Shown: piece by piece, positions 5,978-10,948 of the stretch | Numbering within the stretch: position 1 is the stretch's first letter | How the letters are laid out: every line of letters starts with the position of its first letter | Position numbers and translations under genes: made by a program | Assembly: GCA_046045965.1 (NCBI GenBank) | Contig: JBJOKS010000066.1 | Location: 1-10,948, forward strand | DNA from: Cyanobacteriota bacterium | GTDB lineage: Bacteria > Cyanobacteriota > Cyanobacteriia > Cyanobacteriales > Nostocaceae | Reading direction: 5' to 3' | DNA: 10,948 nt | The notes under the pieces: model-generated | Told to the model about the DNA's origin: nothing | Seen by the model: only the letters and a program-made list of their open reading frames with translations | Databases searched by the model: none

Positions 5978-8157
5978 ATTTTTTGCGACAAATTACCAAA
6001 AAAGTCATAGTGATCTAAAGCTTCCAAAATGCCCCAAGCATAATGACCTTCAGCAAAGTAAATCTTTGACAGACCCCGCAGCTTTTCAATTTCTGGACTG
6101 TAATTTCCTACCACAACACCTAAAGTATTACCACCCAGCATGGTTTCATCATTACCTGATGCTCCTGCTACTAAAAAACGGTTAACAGGTAAACCCCATT
6201 TTAAAGCCACATAGCGAATCGCATCACCTTTAGAAGCTCGAATAGGCACTAAATCCAGATACATATTGTGGCTATAAATTCCCTTCACAGGTAGTTGTTG
6301 ACGACGCAAATGGCGGATAATTTCCCGGAAATTGGGCGCTTTAGCCTCATCCACAAAATAGCTGATTTTAAACTTGCGTTGAGCTTCTGGTGGTTGCAAT
6401 TCCACACCAGGTATATCCTTCATCGCTTGCCGAATTGCTTGCGCTTGCCATTGATAACCAATGTGTTTTTGCCAACTTGTATCTGTGACAATCTGCGGAC
6501 CATAATAGATTTCACTACCTGCTGATGTAATTAACAAGTCTGGCATGGGGAAACGCCATTCTTCTAACATACTCAAGGTACTTTCTAAAGTACGTCCTGT
6601 GGCAATTCCCACCCCGGTTGTATGTCCTTCGCTACGAATGCGATGAATCAATTTTTCTAAAGCTTCTTGATCACCCAAAAGCGTATTATCAATTTCACAA
6701 ACTAGGAAACGATCCGCCGTGGGTAAACGGTTGGTATCTGGTACATTCCATTCTGGATGATCAGCAGCAGGAGATGCGGATAAAGGACTAAGTAAAGATT
6801 GAATCCTTCGTTGAGGAAATAGACGGATTTTTTCTAGATATTTCTCAACGTGACTATCCCAAGAAAAATATTTGCGGACATTAACCAAGCCATTTTTAGA
6901 CCAGCGTTGCCATTTTTCAGTATCCGTTAGGGTAGTGCGGAGAGCATCTTGTATTTCTTTAATGTTCAGAGGATCAATAAGTAACCCATTTTCGCAAGCT
7001 GCTAGAATATCCCTGGGTCCACCATCAGCAGTAGCAACAATAGGTACACCACAAGCACTAGCTTCTATTAAAGTTAACCCAAATGGCTCTGTTAGGGCTG
7101 GATTAATAAACACTCCTTTGGTTTTAGCTGTTAATCTATATAAATCTGGTACATCATCAGCGTTATGGTGTTTGGGATAAGCAATATGTCCATAAAGATC
7201 ATAGCGGTCTATTAGTTGCAATATTTCCATAAATACCTGACGTGGACCAGATTCCATCGTCATGATGTCATCTCTTTTTCCAAGTACAAGTACCAGGTTA
7301 GCCAGTTTCCGCAACTCAGGATCAGCGCCATAGGCTTTAATGAGACTGCTGACGTTTTTCCGAATAGCAGGGCGAGAAATCGCCATGATCATCGGCTTTT
7401 GCGGATCTTTAAGAAAACGCTCTAATTCTTTTTGAATGGGTGGGTTGTGCCAATTATCTGCGGCTGAGTAAAAGCGATCCAAGTCTACACCAGGAGGAAT
7501 AACCACCATTCTTTCTGGTTGATAGCGATCGTATACACTATATTGCTCTTCAACTTCTTGATTTGTACTGGCTATAACTAAGGCTGCACCACCAAGGGTA
7601 ATTTCTTCTGCTTCAATTCTGGTACTGATATGAAAATGTTCTTCAATAGCTTCTTGTTTATTTCCCTGTTCTAATAATCGTTGTTGTTTGACTCTTCCCA
7701 AGGAATGACCAGTATGGACAAGAGGCGTTCCTAACCAACCAGCAACCCGACTACCAACATATCCCGCGTCGGCGTAATGTGTATGAATGACATTTGGTAT
7801 TCTTCCCACTTTGCGGATGTGTCGGAGCAGTTCATCTGCAAAGGTATCTAAATGCTGCCAGAGAACTTCTTTGCGGAGGTAGCGACGTGGTCCGCAAGCA
7901 AGACGAATAATTTGGGCTTTGTCTGAAAGTATTTCTATTGGTTGTGCATAGTCAGGACTAACTTTGGGATCATTTACCAACCGCGTGACTAAATCAACTC
8001 TTTCTACTTGGGGATTTTTGGCTAATGTATTAGCAAGTTCAACTACATATTTTGTTTGTCCACCTGTATCGGCATCTCTTCCTAACTCTAGATTATGACC
8101 TCTGATTAAACCATGAACACTGACGAGTATAATGTACAGTCCTGGGTTGTGTGACAT
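5971..8157 (-). CDS. spsA: Sucrose-phosphate synthase, bidomain (GT4 glucosyltransferase plus SPP-like HAD domain)
   Basis: SVHGLIRG.NLELGRDADTGGQTKYV, HYADAG, HTGHSLGR, GVFINPALTEPFGLTLIEA and GGPRDI are SPS motifs. The C-terminal HAD-IIB domain has EIDNTLLG, ATGR and ASKGDAIRY. Shine-Dalgarno GGAGGA at 8169-8164. Confidence 0.93.
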   Translation of the reverse strand: MSHNPGLYIILVSVHGLIRGHNLELGRDADTGGQTKYVVELANTLAKNPQVERVDLVTRLVNDPKVSPDYAQPIEILSDKAQIIRLACGPRRYLRKEVLWQHLDTFADELLRHIRKVGRIPNVIHTHYADAGYVGSRVAGWLGTPLVHTGHSLGRVKQQRLLEQGNKQEAIEEHFHISTRIEAEEITLGGAALVIASTNQEVEEQYSVYDRYQPERMVVIPPGVDLDRFYSAADNWHNPPIQKELERFLKDPQKPMIMAISRPAIRKNVSSLIKAYGADPELRKLANLVLVLGKRDDIMTMESGPRQVFMEILQLIDRYDLYGHIAYPKHHNADDVPDLYRLTAKTKGVFINPALTEPFGLTLIEASACGVPIVATADGGPRDILAACENGLLIDPLNIKEIQDALRTTLTDTEKWQRWSKNGLVNVRKYFSWDSHVEKYLEKIRLFPQRRIQSLLSPLSASPAADHPEWNVPDTNRLPTADRFLVCEIDNTLLGDQEALEKLIHRIRSEGHTTGVGIATGRTLESTLSMLEEWRFPMPDLLITSAGSEIYYGPQIVTDTSWQKHIGYQWQAQAIRQAMKDIPGVELQPPEAQRKFKISYFVDEAKAPNFREIIRHLRRQQLPVKGIYSHNMYLDLVPIRASKGDAIRYVALKWGLPVNRFLVAGASGNDETMLGGNTLGVVVGNYSPEIEKLRGLSKIYFAEGHYAWGILEALDHYDFFGNLSQKIN

Positions 8158-8420
8158 TTGTCTTCCTCCATAATTGACTGTATAGCAGGTGATAGCTAGT
8201 CTTTTTATACTAAATGTATTTTGTAGTTACAAGTGAAACATCTATCATACAGGTAGGTGGAACCATTTGCCAAATTTAACAAGAATCTTGCTATTTTTTA
8301 CTGCATAGGTTTAAGAACTATTAAAATTAAACCAGTTTGAACCAATTGTATGACTTTATCTAAGGTCAGATTTCCTTATATTCTTGGAAAATAGTGGATT
8401 GTATAAGTTGTAATAAAAAT

Positions 8421-8460
8421 TCTGTATATCCTTAAATCTCGTAAATCCTGATTCTAACAA
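8421..8460 (-). repeat. Small dispersed repeat, copy 2
   Basis: Reverse complement ttgttagaatcaggatttacgagatttaaggatatacaga aligns with 4114-4153 at 29/40. Confidence 0.6.
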
Positions 8461-8462
8461 AC

Positions 8463-8490
8463 AAAAATACCCCCCATTTCTGGAGGGTAT
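8463..8490 (-). terminator. Rho-independent terminator of psbA
   Basis: The - strand reads ATACCCTCCA-GAAA-TGGGGGGTAT followed by TTTTGTTT: a 10-bp stem with one G-U pair and a GAAA tetraloop, 25 nt after the stop. Confidence 0.85.
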
Positions 8491-8515
8491 CTTTTAATTA
8501 TCTGAATCTTTCAGA

Positions 8516-9598
8516 TTAGCCGTTGATTGCAGGAGCAGTCAAAGCAACAGGAGCAACTTCACCAGCAGCTAAGTCTAAGGGGAAGTTGTGAGCGTTACGC
8601 TCGTGCATTACTTCCATACCTAAGTTAGCGCGGTTGATTACATCAGCCCAAGTACCGATGACACGACCTTGAGAATCAATGATTGATTGGTTGAAGTTGA
8701 AACCGTTCAAGTTGAACGCCATTGTGCTTACGCCCAAAGCGGTGAACCAGATACCAACTACTGGCCATGCAGCCAAGAAGAAGTGTAAGGAACGGCTGTT
8801 GTTGAAGGAAGCGTATTGGAAAATCAAGCGACCGAAGTAACCGTGAGCAGCAACGATGTTATAGGTTTCTTCTTCTTGACCGAATTTGTAACCGTAGTTT
8901 TGAGATTCGGTTTCGGTTGTTTCACGAACCAAGGAAGATGTAACCAAAGAACCGTGCATTGCAGAGAACAAGGAACCGCCGAATACACCAGCTACACCCA
9001 ACATATGGAAGGGGTGCATCAAGATGTTGTGTTCAGCTTGGAACACGATCATGAAGTTGAATGTACCGGAGATACCTAAAGGCATACCGTCGGAGAATGA
9101 ACCTTGACCGATGGGGTAGATCAAGAATACTGCGGTAGCAGATGCCAAAGGTGCAGAGTAAGCTACGCAGATCCAAGGACGCATACCTAAGCGGTAAGAC
9201 AACTCCCACTGACGACCTAAGTAGCAAGCGCAACCGATCAAGAAGTGGAAAATTACCAATTGGTAAGGACCGCCGTTGTACAACCACTCATCTAAGGAAG
9301 CTGCTTCCCAGATTGGGTAGAAGTGCAAACCAATAGCGTTAGAAGAAGGAACAACTGCACCAGAGATGATGTTGTTTCCGTAGATTAAAGAACCTGCAAC
9401 TGGCTCACGGATACCGTCGATGTCAACGGGAGGCGCAGCGATGAAAGCGATGATGAAGCAGGTAGTAGCAGCTAACAAGGTAGGAATCATCAGTACGCCG
9501 AACCAACCGATGTAGATGCGGTTTTCGGTGCTGGTGATCCACTCGCAAAAGCGATCCCATACGTTAGCGTTTGAACGCTGTTGAATGGTTGTGGTCAT
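8516..9598 (-). CDS. psbA: Photosystem II D1 protein (Gln130, D1:1-like)
   Basis: 360 aa, [15 protein letters not shown]...[13 protein letters not shown]. The Mn-ligand motifs (SDGMPLG, QAEH, MHERNAH, LDLA) are intact and residue 130 is Q (LGRQWE). Confidence 0.99.
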   Translation of the reverse strand: MTTTIQQRSNANVWDRFCEWITSTENRIYIGWFGVLMIPTLLAATTCFIIAFIAAPPVDIDGIREPVAGSLIYGNNIISGAVVPSSNAIGLHFYPIWEAASLDEWLYNGGPYQLVIFHFLIGCACYLGRQWELSYRLGMRPWICVAYSAPLASATAVFLIYPIGQGSFSDGMPLGISGTFNFMIVFQAEHNILMHPFHMLGVAGVFGGSLFSAMHGSLVTSSLVRETTETESQNYGYKFGQEEETYNIVAAHGYFGRLIFQYASFNNSRSLHFFLAAWPVVGIWFTALGVSTMAFNLNGFNFNQSIIDSQGRVIGTWADVINRANLGMEVMHERNAHNFPLDLAAGEVAPVALTAPAING

Positions 9599-9658
9599 TG
9601 TTTATGATTGCTTTATTTTCTTATGATGTTGATAGGTTTTTTTGCCTATCTGTAATTA

Positions 9659-9687
9659 ACATTAAAATATAAGTTGATTTTTGTAAA
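9659..9687 (-). promoter_or_regulatory. Putative psbA promoter
   Basis: The - strand reads TTTACA (9687-9682), 17 nt, TAATGT (9664-9659), about 60 nt upstream of the ATG. TTTACA is the usual -35 of cyanobacterial psbA genes. Confidence 0.55.
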
Positions 9688-9753
9688 GATAATTAAAATT
9701 AGTATTCGTTATATCAGTCATTAGTTTTATTAATGTATGAAGATTTACAGAAT

Positions 9754-9835
<82 letters not shown>

Positions 9836-10046
9836 TTGCAGAGGAGAAAGATTTTTACCCTTGCTCAAGACTTAAGTAAGTCGGTGTGAAAAAACAGAGG
9901 TATGTAACCAAATGTAAAATTACCAAAAGTCTCTTACCTTTTGCCTCTTACCTTGCCATAACGACGATTGGCAAAGGCTGCTACTGCAATCATCGGCAAC
10001 CCGACAACTAAACATATTAACCATTGATCCCAGTCTTGACTCCTGA

Positions 10047-10948
10047 CTAAAAATCAAAGTAGATATAAGGTAAACTGCCTTCAGGAGCTAGTAACCAAAC
10101 TGCATAAAAACATAAAGGTACAAAAACCAATTTTATCGGCCAACTAAACTCTAATTTCATTCCTCGTTTAAAGCCATAAGCTATACTCATCACAACAGCG
10201 ATCAAAATCAATGACCAAGTTATTTGGTTAGGGGTACTATTCAAAGCTTCTAAATAAACTTTTTCGGCAAATTGTGCATCAGCAGTATGTCCCCAAAGGT
10301 GCTGTATAACTAAAGCAGAATCTTGGAAATTGGGGAGACGAAACCATATCCAAGAGGTGAAAACCATAAACTGAGTTAACAACCAAGCAAAAATTATACC
10401 GACTGGGTTATGCCAAAATAGGTAAAGAATTTTTAGGCGATCGCTCATAGCATCTGTGAGACGATGAACAGCCAAAGCTATACCATGCAACGCACCCCAA
10501 ACCACAAAGCCCCAAGCTGAACCATGCCAAATACCAGCTACTATCATTACAATAAATAAATTTAAGCAGGTACGCACTAATCCTCGTCGAGAACCACCTA
10601 AAGGAAAGTAAAGATAATTACGTAACCAGTCACCCAAAGTTATATGCCAGCGTCGCCAAAAATCGGCAATGCTGGTACTAAAGTAGGGAAAATCGAAATT
10701 TTCAGGTAAAACTAAACCAAAAAGCAAAGCACTACCACGAGCAATATCTACATAACCATTAAAATCTAAATATAACTGTAAGCCGTAAGCAAAGGTAGCT
10801 AACCACAAATCTGTGCTACCTGCTCTTTGCAAATTACCAAAACATAAATCAACAAAAATTCCTAAATTATCAGCCAGAATCCCTTTTTTAACCGCACCTC
10901 TAGCAATTAACCACAACGCTTCTGACCATCTATCAACATTGGGTAATC
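10047..10948 (-). CDS. MBOAT family O-acyltransferase (AlgI/DltB-like), 5' end outside the window
   Basis: LQLYLDFNGYVDIARG, LPENFDFPY, DFWRRWHITLGDWLRNYLYFPLGGSR and GIWHGSAWGFVVWGALHG. The frame stays open upstream of 10916 (LPNVDRWSEALW) to the window edge, so the track's start is not the real one. Confidence 0.93.
   Translation of the reverse strand, partial: LPNVDRWSEALWLIARGAVKKGILADNLGIFVDLCFGNLQRAGSTDLWLATFAYGLQLYLDFNGYVDIARGSALLFGLVLPENFDFPYFSTSIADFWRRWHITLGDWLRNYLYFPLGGSRRGLVRTCLNLFIVMIVAGIWHGSAWGFVVWGALHGIALAVHRLTDAMSDRLKILYLFWHNPVGIIFAWLLTQFMVFTSWIWFRLPNFQDSALVIQHLWGHTADAQFAEKVYLEALNSTPNQITWSLILIAVVMSIAYGFKRGMKLEFSWPIKLVFVPLCFYAVWLLAPEGSLPYIYFDF

Noticed and set aside
8216..8230. 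NtcA-like site upstream of sps (GTA...TAC)
   Set aside because: The spacing is 9 nt rather than the canonical GTA-N8-TAC.
1629..9336. Short overlapping ORFs at 1629-1907, 3649-3861, 3918-4121, 6295-6525, 6872-7180, 7216-7425, 8816-9079, 9033-9287 and 9142-9336
   Set aside because: Shadow or alternative frames inside well-supported genes, with no recognisable motifs.

Overview
Window from a filamentous cyanobacterial (Nostocales-like) chromosome, judged from psbA, HIP1 GCGATCGC sites and heptamer tandem repeats. In order: a partial lipoate-protein ligase family gene and a YbjN-domain gene (both -), a Rieske oxygenase and a small secreted protein (both +), recR (-), a 126-bp palindromic MITE/REP-like element, and an 18-repeat/17-spacer CRISPR array with no cas genes in the window. 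The array appears to be transcribed on the - strand from a leader with a clear sigma70-type promoter. It is followed by a bidomain sucrose-phosphate synthase (-), psbA (D1 with Gln130, -) and a partial MBOAT O-acyltransferase (-). Most notable: (i) recR appears to start at a non-canonical ACG codon behind a well-placed Shine-Dalgarno sequence; (ii) many spacers read as sense coding sequence on the + strand, as expected for type III RNA targeting, and two resemble cellular RTX and TPR motifs; (iii) the leader has three copies of a 12-bp motif and a palindrome inside the promoter; (iv) the secreted protein resembles emfourin-type protease inhibitors; (v) the phosphatase domain of SPS looks catalytically degenerate. 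I see no convincing wholly new multi-gene system. All family assignments come from motif recognition, not database searches.
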